This document shows, piece by piece, positions 34,866 to 43,820 of a DNA stretch of 59,239 bases. The notes beneath the pieces were generated by a model. It saw only the letters and a program-made list of their open reading frames with translations, was not told where the DNA came from and did no database searches. Made by a program: the position numbers and the translations under genes. The stretch's first letter is position 1; every line of letters starts with the position of its first letter. This stretch comes from Candidatus Aceula lacicola (GTDB lineage: Bacteria > Omnitrophota > Gorgyraeia > Zapsychrales > Aceulaceae), in the NCBI GenBank assembly GCA_030765785.1, contig JAVCCC010000021.1:1-59239 (forward strand), in the 5' to 3' direction.

Positions 34866-35954
34866 TTACCTTTGACACAAAACCATGTCATTGCGATGAA
34901 TAACTTCAGTTTTACGTTTCTTATCATCTATTTTATGAAGATCGCCAACAGAATAATTAATAATTCCGCGTGCAATCTCAGAATCTTTTTGATCAACAAT
35001 AACAACAACGTCTTCTTTTTTAAAATGTCCTTCCCAGCTAACGATGCCCGGAAGAAGAAGGCTTCTGCCTCCTTTTAAAAGAGCTTCTTTAGCACCTTGA
35101 TCAATCACCACTTTTCCTTTTGGTTTGGCTCCAAATGAAATCCAATGACGTTTCGCTAAAAGCTTTTCTTCCTTTTCAAAAAAGAATGTTCCGATACGCT
35201 TTCCAGCAATAACATCTTTTACAACATTTCGCGTATCTCCATTAGCAATCACACACGGAATCTTAGCATGCGTCGCAATCTTCACAGCTTCAATCTTTGT
35301 GATCATCCCCCCTTTAGAAACATTCTTCTTAGTCGTACCAAGAGCCAAGCTTTCAATTTCTTTTGTCACTTCTTTAATTTCACGAAAAATCTTTTTTTCT
35401 TTATCTTTCGAATCATATAAACCATCAACATCCGACAAAATTAAAAGCAAATCAGCCTCAATCGCACTTGCAACAAGAGCCGAAAGTTTGTCATTATCTC
35501 CAAATTTAATTTCATCTGTCGATATTGTGTCATTTTCATTAATAATCGGAACAAGTCCATAGCCTAAAATCTTATTGATCGTACTTCGCGCGTTATTGTA
35601 ACGTTTTCGATCATCAAAATCTTCCCAAGTCAACAACACTTGAGCGCAACGCAATTTACTTTTCTTAAGCAAATCTGTATATGTACGCATCAAAACATTT
35701 TGACCAATAGCAGCCAAAGCCTGCAGAGATGCAACATCCGTCGGCCTCACATGTTCACGAATTTCTCCTAAGCCCAACACAATTGACCCTGAACTAACCA
35801 AAACAACATCGATGCCCTTCTTTCGGAGCAAAGCAATTTCCTTAACAATAGATCGCAAGCCAGAAGATTGCGGCTTCATGTAGAAATTAGCAATGATGCC
35901 AGATCCAATCTTAATGACGACTCTTTTTATTTTTCTTCCGAATTTTCGTGACAT
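34866..35954 (-). CDS. proB: Glutamate 5-kinase with shortened PUA domain
   Basis: VIKIGS, VSSG, PIINEND, FGDNDKL, GGMITK. Confidence 0.98.
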   Translation of the reverse strand: MSRKFGRKIKRVVIKIGSGIIANFYMKPQSSGLRSIVKEIALLRKKGIDVVLVSSGSIVLGLGEIREHVRPTDVASLQALAAIGQNVLMRTYTDLLKKSKLRCAQVLLTWEDFDDRKRYNNARSTINKILGYGLVPIINENDTISTDEIKFGDNDKLSALVASAIEADLLLILSDVDGLYDSKDKEKKIFREIKEVTKEIESLALGTTKKNVSKGGMITKIEAVKIATHAKIPCVIANGDTRNVVKDVIAGKRIGTFFFEKEEKLLAKRHWISFGAKPKGKVVIDQGAKEALLKGGRSLLLPGIVSWEGHFKKEDVVVIVDQKDSEIARGIINYSVGDLHKIDDKKRKTEVIHRNDMVLCQR

Positions 35955-36910
35955 AATATTTTTCTTATTTCGTTAACTAAATTATTTAATCCTTGTTTCT
36001 CGACCGCAGAAACTGAAAAAATCTTATCTTTAAACTCTTTTTTAAACCTTTTTAAATTTACTCTACTCTTTGATAAATCCATCTTGTTAGCAACAACAAT
36101 TCTTTTCTTAAAAAATAACTTATGGCTATACTCTCTAAGCTCGTGATTAATTTTTCGATAATCTTCTATCGGATCTCTGCCCTCAACTCCCGCCATATCC
36201 AATACATGAACCAAAATCTTCGTTCGCTCTGCATGCTTTAAGAACTTGTCTCCCAACCCCCTGCCATCATGAGCACCTTCAATAAGACCAGGAAGATCCG
36301 CTATCACAAATTCAAAATCATCTTGAGAAACAAATCCTAAAATTGGCTTTTTTGTTGTAAAAGGATAGTTGGCAACCTCAGATCGAACCTTCGATATTGC
36401 AGAAATCAAAGTTGATTTCCCAACATTCGGAAATCCGATAAGACCAACATCTGCCATAATTTTAAGCTCAAGAAGAATTGTCTTCTCTTGGCCATCTTGC
36501 GGGGGCTTAAATGTTTTTTTATGATCATTTCCAACACCTCCACGCCCACCACGCGCTACAACAATACTTTGACCATCAAAAACTAAATCTTTAACAAGTA
36601 AATTCGTATCAGCATCTCGTATGATTGTGCCAACAGGAACTTTTAAAATACAATCAAGGCCAGTCTTGCCGTATTTCCCTTTACTACTAGCATGACCACC
36701 TTTTTTTGCTTTATGATGTTGTCTAAATTTGTAATCTAAAAGTGTCTGAATAGACCGACTTGCTTCAAAGATGACATCGCCACCCTTGCCCCCATCTCCC
36801 CCATCAGGTCTCGGATGTCGCATTCGCTTATCAGAATAAAAACTTTCACATCCATTACCGCCCTTGCCAGCACTCACAAAAATTCTTGCTTCATCAACAA
36901 AAACTGCCAT
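35927..36910 (-). CDS. obg: GTPase Obg/CgtA, no C-terminal domain
   Basis: FVDEA, Gly-rich Obg fold, GFPNVGKST, YPFTT, DLPG, NKMD. Confidence 0.96.
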   Translation of the reverse strand: MAVFVDEARIFVSAGKGGNGCESFYSDKRMRHPRPDGGDGGKGGDVIFEASRSIQTLLDYKFRQHHKAKKGGHASSKGKYGKTGLDCILKVPVGTIIRDADTNLLVKDLVFDGQSIVVARGGRGGVGNDHKKTFKPPQDGQEKTILLELKIMADVGLIGFPNVGKSTLISAISKVRSEVANYPFTTKKPILGFVSQDDFEFVIADLPGLIEGAHDGRGLGDKFLKHAERTKILVHVLDMAGVEGRDPIEDYRKINHELREYSHKLFFKKRIVVANKMDLSKSRVNLKRFKKEFKDKIFSVSAVEKQGLNNLVNEIRKILCHENSEEK

Positions 36911-36943
36911 ATATATCCTCTTACCTTAAAAAAACCCTTTAAT

Positions 36944-37261
36944 CTATTCTTTCGTTTCGATAGAAACAATGCTGAGGCTTGTTAAGTTTTGTCGATGCCC
37001 TTTTTTAAGTGCATTATCTTTTCTGCGCCAATATTTAAAAGCAATAACTTTTTCGCCTTTTTTATGCTCGACAACCTTGGCTGTAACCTTTACATCTTTT
37101 AAATGCGGCTGACCAACTTTAACAGTTGTTCCTTTTGAGTAAAGTAATACCGGGCTTAGCGAGAACGCTTTGCCTTCTTTTTGATCAACGGTTTGAACAT
37201 CAATCAAATCACCTTCTGATACTTTAAATTGCTGTGAACCAACTTCTACGATTGCGTACAT
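36944..37261 (-). CDS. rplU: 50S ribosomal protein L21 (start re-assigned to ATG 37261)
   Basis: MYAIVEVGSQQFKVSEG, KKGHRQ; AGGAGG SD before ATG 37261. Confidence 0.97.
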   Translation of the reverse strand: MYAIVEVGSQQFKVSEGDLIDVQTVDQKEGKAFSLSPVLLYSKGTTVKVGQPHLKDVKVTAKVVEHKKGEKVIAFKYWRRKDNALKKGHRQNLTSLSIVSIETKE

Positions 37262-37293
37262 CTTTTCCTCCTTAAAAACAATTTTAAACAAAT

Positions 37294-38592
37294 TTATTCA
37301 ATTTTAACTCTTCCATGCCCATGACAATATGGACATGCTTCAAATGACATAGATTCAATAGTCTTTCCTGCTCTTGCACGAGTCATTTCCAAAAGACCTA
37401 GTGATGATATCTTGGTGATTTCTGTCTTTGAATGATCTTTAGCCAATGCTTTTTGAAGAGCTTGCAAAACCTGCCTACGATGAGCTTCTCTTCCCATGTC
37501 GATAAAATCGATGACAATAATACCACCTAAATCTCTTAAACGCAACTGTCTTGCGATTTCCGATGCGGCTTCCGCGTTAACCATAAAAGCGGCTTCTTCT
37601 GGTGATGCATTAACCTTAAAACGTCCACTATTAACATCCACGACGATAAGCCCTTCCGTTGGTTCAATAACAATATGTGCCCCAGACTTCAAGTAGACTT
37701 TTCGATCATAAATTTTATTAAGCTGCTTAGCTACATTCTTATTCTCAAATAAAGGCGTCTCACCCTTATAATAATGAATTTTATCAACCATCTCTCTTCC
37801 AATTAACATTTGCACAAATTTCTTTATACGCCCATATTCTTCCTGCGAATCTACAATGAGCTTATCAATATCTTCTCTCAAAAAATCACGAACAATACGC
37901 CAAACAAGATCATATTCTTTATAAATAAGAGAGGGTGCTTTGCGTTCATCAGAAAGCTTTCTAATGCGCATCCAAATCTTGTATAGGAACTTGGCATCCC
38001 GAATAATCTCACGCTTCCCTTTTTGAGAAGCAACTGTTCGAACAATAAAACCGCTTTCTTCAGCAAAATTTAACCCTTTTAGAATTTCTTTTAGACGCTG
38101 TCGGTCATCTGAAGTTTCAATTTTCTTTGAAATTCCAAGATGTTTATCATATGGCATAAAAACAACAAAGCGACCAGGAAGGCTAACATGTGTAGTCAAT
38201 CGCGCCCCTTTATTACCAAAAGGCTCCTTAACAACCTGCACAAGAACTTCATTGCCTTTTTTCAAAGAGAAATCCTTCGTCCTTTTGCGCTTCGTTTTCT
38301 TCTTCTTACCGTTCAACATGCGATCAATCAATTTTCTCGGACCCGTAAATTCCTCTTCAACCAAAGGATTAATAGCATCGGTTAAATAAAGAAATCCATT
38401 CTTTTCTTGGCCAATATTAACAAAAGCAGCATTAATCGATGGCAATATTGACTCAACAACACCTTTATAAATATTTCCAAGAAGGAAATTTTGACGATCC
38501 ATCTGAATATAAAAATCATCCAAAACTCCATCTTCAATAATAGCGACACGCTTCTCGCTCGCCTTGATATTTACTAAAATTTCTTTAGACAT
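37294..38592 (-). CDS. rng: Ribonuclease E/G family protein (RNase G-like)
   Basis: GNIYKG..AAFVNIG S1 domain, KGARLT, DVNSG, IVIDFIDM, LEMTR, CPYC. Confidence 0.95.
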   Translation of the reverse strand: MSKEILVNIKASEKRVAIIEDGVLDDFYIQMDRQNFLLGNIYKGVVESILPSINAAFVNIGQEKNGFLYLTDAINPLVEEEFTGPRKLIDRMLNGKKKKTKRKRTKDFSLKKGNEVLVQVVKEPFGNKGARLTTHVSLPGRFVVFMPYDKHLGISKKIETSDDRQRLKEILKGLNFAEESGFIVRTVASQKGKREIIRDAKFLYKIWMRIRKLSDERKAPSLIYKEYDLVWRIVRDFLREDIDKLIVDSQEEYGRIKKFVQMLIGREMVDKIHYYKGETPLFENKNVAKQLNKIYDRKVYLKSGAHIVIEPTEGLIVVDVNSGRFKVNASPEEAAFMVNAEAASEIARQLRLRDLGGIIVIDFIDMGREAHRRQVLQALQKALAKDHSKTEITKISSLGLLEMTRARAGKTIESMSFEACPYCHGHGRVKIE

Positions 38593-38598
38593 TTTTTA

Positions 38599-39981
38599 TT
38601 ATTTACCTTCGAATTTCTGAAGCCGTTTCTTTAACTCCTCACTATCATCAGGCATCTTATCCGTTATAATGTGAGGTGTGATAAAGATAAGCAACTCTGT
38701 TTTTGATAGTGTCTTTTCTTTCTTTTGGAATAAAAGTCCAACTAGAGGGATATCCCCTAAAAAAGGAACCTTTTTCTTGACATCGGTCCACTGATTCTTG
38801 ATGAGACCTGCAATAACTAACGTCTGCCCATCTGCAATCATGACCCGCGTAGAGGCTGATTCAGTACTTAATTGTGGTACACTTGTATTTTCGACTTGAA
38901 CAAAATCTAAAATCGCCGTAACTTTAGGCTCTATGTCTAAAGTCACAAATCCTGCATTGTTGACATGCGGCGTGACTTCAAAGATAACTCCAATGTCTTT
39001 ATATTCCCATCCGGAAACCTGAAGCTTAGCCTGTTCCTCATTATACGTATATTCAGGCAACGGATATTGACTACCAACAACGATGTTGGCTGTCTGATTA
39101 TCCAGCGTCACAATGCGAGGATTCGAAAGAATATGTGTATTTGATCGTGAATCTAAAATTTCTAAAACAGCCTGCACCTGCGTAAAATCTAACGTTCCAA
39201 ATGAAAACAAATCTTCATCTGGAGCTGGAAACGGCTGATCCTTAACATATTTATTTTCGGAAGTCGTTGTAAAGGGCCATGTTACTGGCCTATTTGCGCC
39301 TGATCCTGAAAGTTGAAGCGTCCAGTCAATTCCTAAATTCTCTGAATCTGCAAGCGTTGTCTCGATAATCTTTGCCTCAATCAAAACCTGAGGTGTCGTT
39401 GCATCAAGGCGCCCAATAACATCAGCCATCAAAGATAAACTACTCACAGCATCTGTCACAATAATAATATTTGTTCTCTGATCAAAATTAATCGATCCTC
39501 GATCAGTTATCATTTTTTCTATAGATACAACAACATCAGAAGCATTTGCATAATTCAAAACAAACGTCTTTGTCATAATTGCTTCCTGATCAGCTAGAAC
39601 AAGCGCATCTTCTCTTAATTTTTTAAGATTTTCAATTGTTGTAACAATAATAATATTTCCTGTTTGTTCATATCCATAATTGTACGTTCTTAAAATAACA
39701 TCTAGAGCATTTTTCCATGGAACATTCGTCAGTTGAATTGTCACAAGCCCGGTTACTTCCGGCCCAGCAACTATATTAACTCCACTTCGATAAGAAAGAA
39801 TTTGCAAAACATTACGAATATCCGCATCACGAAAATCCAACGTAACACAACCATCGCACACCTCACCAAAAACATCTAACGTTGTCTCTTCTGATATAGG
39901 CTGAGATTGTTGATCTTGCGTATACCCTACGCTAACGAGAAGTCCAAATATAACAACGAAAATAAATAATTTTCGAATCAC
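38599..39981 (-). CDS. pilQ: Type IV pilus secretin PilQ, compact form without AMIN domains
   Basis: Signal peptide, LDFRDADIRNVL N0 domain, QVLIEAKI, KVPFLGDIPLVGLLF, ELLIFITP. Confidence 0.92.
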   Translation of the reverse strand: MIRKLFIFVVIFGLLVSVGYTQDQQSQPISEETTLDVFGEVCDGCVTLDFRDADIRNVLQILSYRSGVNIVAGPEVTGLVTIQLTNVPWKNALDVILRTYNYGYEQTGNIIIVTTIENLKKLREDALVLADQEAIMTKTFVLNYANASDVVVSIEKMITDRGSINFDQRTNIIIVTDAVSSLSLMADVIGRLDATTPQVLIEAKIIETTLADSENLGIDWTLQLSGSGANRPVTWPFTTTSENKYVKDQPFPAPDEDLFSFGTLDFTQVQAVLEILDSRSNTHILSNPRIVTLDNQTANIVVGSQYPLPEYTYNEEQAKLQVSGWEYKDIGVIFEVTPHVNNAGFVTLDIEPKVTAILDFVQVENTSVPQLSTESASTRVMIADGQTLVIAGLIKNQWTDVKKKVPFLGDIPLVGLLFQKKEKTLSKTELLIFITPHIITDKMPDDSEELKKRLQKFEGK

Positions 39982-39982
39982 C

Positions 39983-40339
39983 TTATCTCCCCTTTCTTAA
40001 TTCCAAAACAAATTCTTTACTATCTTTTGTTAAAAAAACCCTGCTTTCTTCTACCTTAAAAAGCGTATATCCGGCAATTTGACTTCCAATCTTAAAAACT
40101 TTTCCATTAATAATTGCTAAGCTTTTTCCCTTAGGATCATAGATAACCCCTTCAAGACTTAAATCTCCATGCCGAAGATTTTTATCATAAGTAATGACAG
40201 CACCACTTGGGCTTACCAATGACCAAAAAGGATCTCTTTTACCATGTGAGTCATATACAAAAGATGTTTTCTCCTCAGCCAATGCTGCACTAGATGACAA
40301 AAAAATAAAAAATACTAAAACTAAATATCGCATAATCAT
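39983..40339 (-). CDS. pilP: PilP-like pilus assembly protein
   Basis: YDSHGKRDPF motif, L.GV..AIING beta domain; between pilO and pilQ; no obvious lipobox Cys. Confidence 0.72.
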   Translation of the reverse strand: MIMRYLVLVFFIFLSSSAALAEEKTSFVYDSHGKRDPFWSLVSPSGAVITYDKNLRHGDLSLEGVIYDPKGKSLAIINGKVFKIGSQIAGYTLFKVEESRVFLTKDSKEFVLELRKGR

Positions 40340-40345
40340 CTCTTT

Positions 40346-40945
40346 TTAATTCTTCTCCATGACAAAAATTGTAATAGCAATTTTAACAATATGCCTTCTC
40401 GGATGCCCGCTATTTTGTGTAATATCAAAATCTTCGATACTCATAAAAACTTCATCTGTTTCAATGCGATTAAACAGCTCCCCAATCGCATGGTAGCCGC
40501 CTTGTCCTCTAACATAAATAGGAAGTGAGAAATATTTTCCTCCATCATTCTCTAAAACAAGTTCTTGAGAATCTTTCAACGGCATAATCTGATCAATTTG
40601 AACATCTGAACTAATCGCAAGACGAGAAATCTTTTCAAGCAACATTGGAATTTCTTCTCTAGACAAAACGCTCATTTCAACTTTAGAGAGATTCCCTCGT
40701 AAACGCGACACTTCTTTTTGATAATGCGGCATATTCTTAAGATTATACTTCGTCTCTTTTAACTCTTTTGATAATTCGACACTCTTTGGAATGAGAGATT
40801 TAAGCGCATTAATCTGAAAACCCATAATAAAAACATAATCAAAAAGTAAAACAAAGAGAATAAATCCCGCAAGAAAATAATATTTCATTTTTCCTGTTAT
40901 TTCTGGAATTTCAAAAGGTATTTTATCTATTAAATTTTTCATCAA
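40346..40945 (-). CDS. pilO: Type IVa pilus alignment protein PilO
   Basis: TM helix, coiled coil, EIPMLLEKIS, GGYHAIGELF. Confidence 0.88.
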   Translation of the reverse strand: MMKNLIDKIPFEIPEITGKMKYYFLAGFILFVLLFDYVFIMGFQINALKSLIPKSVELSKELKETKYNLKNMPHYQKEVSRLRGNLSKVEMSVLSREEIPMLLEKISRLAISSDVQIDQIMPLKDSQELVLENDGGKYFSLPIYVRGQGGYHAIGELFNRIETDEVFMSIEDFDITQNSGHPRRHIVKIAITIFVMEKN

Positions 40946-41525
40946 GCCTCAACGTAATAACAAAATCGGCAATTTGAGTTGAATGAATATTGCGTCTCTG
41001 AATAGACCCAACTTCAATGTCCTGCAAACCAACCATAAATTCTTTTTGCTTTTTTAAATTTGAGCTAAAGTTTCCTACGCTCGTCATCTCATCGTTTTTC
41101 TTAGACACAGCACTACCTTTAATAAGAAACACGTTTTTACTAAGCGAGATTTTATCAAGCCAAAGCCCTTGCGGAACCATGTCACCAATAACATTTATTT
41201 TTTCTGCCCAAGAAATTCTTTTTTCAATTGTAATTCTTTCTACAATATCGATTTTCTTTCGCAAAATCTGAAGATTTTCTAAAACTTTATCAACATGACC
41301 TTTTTCAGGTGCAATCGAAACCCAACGAGCTTTCTGTCGCCCATAACTTGCAAGCTTAAGAAAAATAGTCATTTGCAACAAAACATGAACACCAACTAAA
41401 AGAATCAAAACCCCTGCAATAGAGCCAACTAAAATTTCCAAAGGAATACTCTTCAGAATCTTTTTAAAGATTTGACCTTTTTTCTTTTTTTGCAACTCTT
41501 CTGGGACTAAATTAATTCTAATCAT
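40923..41525 (-). CDS. pilN: Type IVa pilus alignment protein PilN
   Basis: N-terminal INLVP (PilM-binding INLLP motif), TM helix, PQGLWL, IKGSA. Confidence 0.9.
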   Translation of the reverse strand: MIRINLVPEELQKKKKGQIFKKILKSIPLEILVGSIAGVLILLVGVHVLLQMTIFLKLASYGRQKARWVSIAPEKGHVDKVLENLQILRKKIDIVERITIEKRISWAEKINVIGDMVPQGLWLDKISLSKNVFLIKGSAVSKKNDEMTSVGNFSSNLKKQKEFMVGLQDIEVGSIQRRNIHSTQIADFVITLRLDEKFNR

Positions 41526-42608
41526 CGCTACAAAGAGAAAGTCCTAATGCAATAGGTAATTGATGAATGTTTTCGCTAAAACTTTCACGAGAAACCTTAT
41601 CCGAAAAATCCAACACATCAACAGGATTCCATCGCTCAACAGGAATGCCTAATTCTTTCATTAAAAAATCCTCAATTTTTGGCAGACGAGAAGAATCTCC
41701 AGTTAGATAAAGCCTTATCGCTTCTACGCTATTCTCTGATGTAAAATAATCAAAAGAGAGCCTAATCTCCGAAACTAAACTAGACAATGTCGCCTGACAT
41801 GCCGAAAGAATTTCATCTGTTTTATCTCCAGGGGCTTGCTTCATCGCTTCAGCCTGATTAACATCTAAGCCAAACACGTTCATAATTTTCTGCGTAAAAT
41901 CTTTGCCTCCCACAGATATATCTCTAGTAAACTTTGGCGTATTTTCATCCAAAATAACAAGACCGCTTTTAACCTCTCCAATGTCTAAAACCGCAACTGT
42001 ACTTACTGATGGATGCTGGCTATCTTGTCCATCTTTTTTACTATTTTGAAGCTTAATAAAAACGTTTGAAAGAGCAACAGCATTTAGGCCAATATTATTA
42101 GGCTGAAGCCCTAAAGAAGAAACAAAATCTATACGCTTCTTAACAATCTCTTTTTAGCAACAGCGACCAACATTAAAACCTTATTATCCTTGTTTTTGTT
42201 ATCCTCAACAATATGACAATCCATGAAAATCTGGTCTTTTGAAAAAGGAAAATACTTGTCTGATTCAAGATAAAGCGATTGACGCAACTGCTTTAAGGGT
42301 ATGCGGGGCATTTTGATAAATCGGATTAATACTCCCTGACCGGATAAGCCTGTGAAAACATTCTTCGAAGAAAATCCAAATCCTGTTAAAATCTTTCGGA
42401 TAGCGCCTGTCATGTCTCCGCTATCAATAGGCTCAACTGCCCAATTGGCAACTTTGAAAACTCCCGTGTTTGACGAGACCATTTCAACCGCCCTACAAAA
42501 TTTTGTGCCAACATCTAAGCCAACACATGACTCTACAGGTTGTTGCGGGACATACCTTCGGATAAATGAAAAGTATTTTTCTAGAAATTTTTGTAAATGA
42601 ATAAGCAT
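41518..42608 (-). pseudogene. pilM: PilM split by a single-base frameshift at about 42151-42155 (363 aa if one A is restored)
   Basis: 5' part VGLDVG...LVAVAKK; the -1 frame is open from 42153 (EIVKKRIDFVSSLGLQP...VAVLDIG...FTRDISVGG...EIRLSFDYF...LTG...ALGL) to 41518. Confidence 0.9.
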
Positions 42609-42763
42609 GTATGTCGATATAAAGTCTGTATATAAAGATTACTTTGTAATATATATATTATACAGTAGATATTTTCTTTTCTCTATAATAAACTTCTTTT
42701 TCTACATGTAAAGAATTTTATCACTTTTTTCAAATATAAAAATATCAACTAATTCTAGAAAAC

Positions 42764-43153
42764 TTAAGGCACAAGAACTCCCCCAGTATCAATTCTGAAA
42801 ATAACCGTTCCCGTTTGACCTAAAACAAAGGGGCTCGCTCTTAACGAATAGCCACTTGCAGAAAAAGTACAAGAATATTCATAACCTGATATTGTTGCGC
42901 TACAATACGAACTGTTGATATACGGAGGCGTTACATCTGTAAGGGATGCAATATCTTGAGGATAAATTCCGACAGTTAAGGCATACAATTCAGAAGCCGT
43001 AGACATAGCCTTTAAGCTACTTCTCGCTAAAGCTTCATTCGAAACCATTTTTGCCCTTAAGATCCCTGGAATTGCAATCGAAGCCAAAAGAGCAATAATA
43101 GCGACTGAAATCATGATTTCGACCAAAGTAAACCCGAGCTGATTCTTTTTCAT
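42764..43153 (-). CDS. Type IVa prepilin, paralog 2
   Basis: G/FTLVEIMI cleavage-methylation site with E5, hydrophobic helix, AIP, internal Cys pair. Confidence 0.95.
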   Translation of the reverse strand: MKKNQLGFTLVEIMISVAIIALLASIAIPGILRAKMVSNEALARSSLKAMSTASELYALTVGIYPQDIASLTDVTPPYINSSYCSATISGYEYSCTFSASGYSLRASPFVLGQTGTVIFRIDTGGVLVP

Positions 43154-43187
43154 TTAATCTCCAATTAAATCGCAGGCTATTCACTTT

Positions 43188-43216
43188 ATTATACAAACCT
43201 TGCCCAATTAGCTCAA
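43188..43216 (-). promoter_or_regulatory. Candidate sigma70 promoter for pilin paralog 2
   Basis: TTGAGC-17 nt-TATAAT just downstream of the pilin-1 terminator; GGAG SD before ATG. Confidence 0.65.
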
Positions 43217-43230
43217 TACATAAATTGTAT

Positions 43231-43264
43231 AAAAAATGGGCGAGAGGTAAAACCTCTCGCCCAT
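43231..43264 (-). terminator. Strong intrinsic terminator after pilin paralog 1
   Basis: Perfect 13-bp inverted repeat ATGGGCGAGAGGT/ACCTCTCGCCCAT running into a T6 tract on the minus strand. Confidence 0.92.
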
Positions 43265-43288
43265 CAATGCACCTTCTTAATCATCAAA

Positions 43289-43681
43289 TTATTCTGATGT
43301 TAAAACACCGCCTGTCGTCATTGTAAAAGTTGACGATCCACTTGTGCCTCTTGTGACAGGTTCTGCTTCCAACGTATATCCAGAATCAGTGTCAAAAGTA
43401 CAACCATAATCATAACCAGATACTGTTGTAGAACAGTATGCTGAGTTTAGGTAAGGTGGAGTCGCATCTGTTAATGAGTCAATGTGATCTGGATAATTTC
43501 CAGAATTAGCCGTTGCGAATGTTTCTGCAGCTGTAGAGATTGTACGAAGCGTGCTTTGTGCGAGCGCGTCATTAGCTGAAATCTTTGCCCTAAGTAAATT
43601 AGGGATAGCGATTGCAGCCAGCAAAGCGATGATCGCAACAACGATCATAATTTCAACGAGTGTAAAACCTTTTCTATTCAT
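43289..43681 (-). CDS. pilA: Type IVa prepilin, paralog 1 (likely major pilin)
   Basis: MNRKG/FTLVEIMIVVAIIALLAAIAIPN; own promoter, AAGGAGGT SD and terminator. Confidence 0.93.
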   Translation of the reverse strand: MNRKGFTLVEIMIVVAIIALLAAIAIPNLLRAKISANDALAQSTLRTISTAAETFATANSGNYPDHIDSLTDATPPYLNSAYCSTTVSGYDYGCTFDTDSGYTLEAEPVTRGTSGSSTFTMTTGGVLTSE

Positions 43682-43815
43682 AATTCTTACCTCCTTTCAG
43701 GATTAAGAATAAGCTATTCATGAAACAGCTCCTGAAAGAAAGAAAAAACTGAACGTATAATGACGTTTTAAAACTCTTCATTTCAGGATTATTCAACCAA
43801 CAGCTCAAATCCTTT
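43682..43815 (-). promoter_or_regulatory. Structured 5' leader of the pilin with SD-sequestering stem and competing repeat
   Basis: CTTTCTTTCAGGA (43742-43730) complements TCCTGAAAGGAGG (43702-43690); TAATCCTGAAA occurs twice; function not shown. Confidence 0.5.
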
Positions 43816-43820
43816 GTATC

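Noticed and set aside
42609-42763. pilM promoter in a very AT-rich spacer
   Set aside because: TATAAT is present but the -35 is unconvincing; cannot be separated from chance
42764-43153. Pilin 2 as a silent antigenic-variation cassette
   Set aside because: It has a complete leader peptide, an SD and a plausible promoter, unlike truncated pilS-type cassettes
43289-43681. Conductive (e-pilin) character of the pilin
   Set aside because: About 10 aromatics in 125 mature residues, and none in the N-terminal helix positions typical of Geobacter-type pilins
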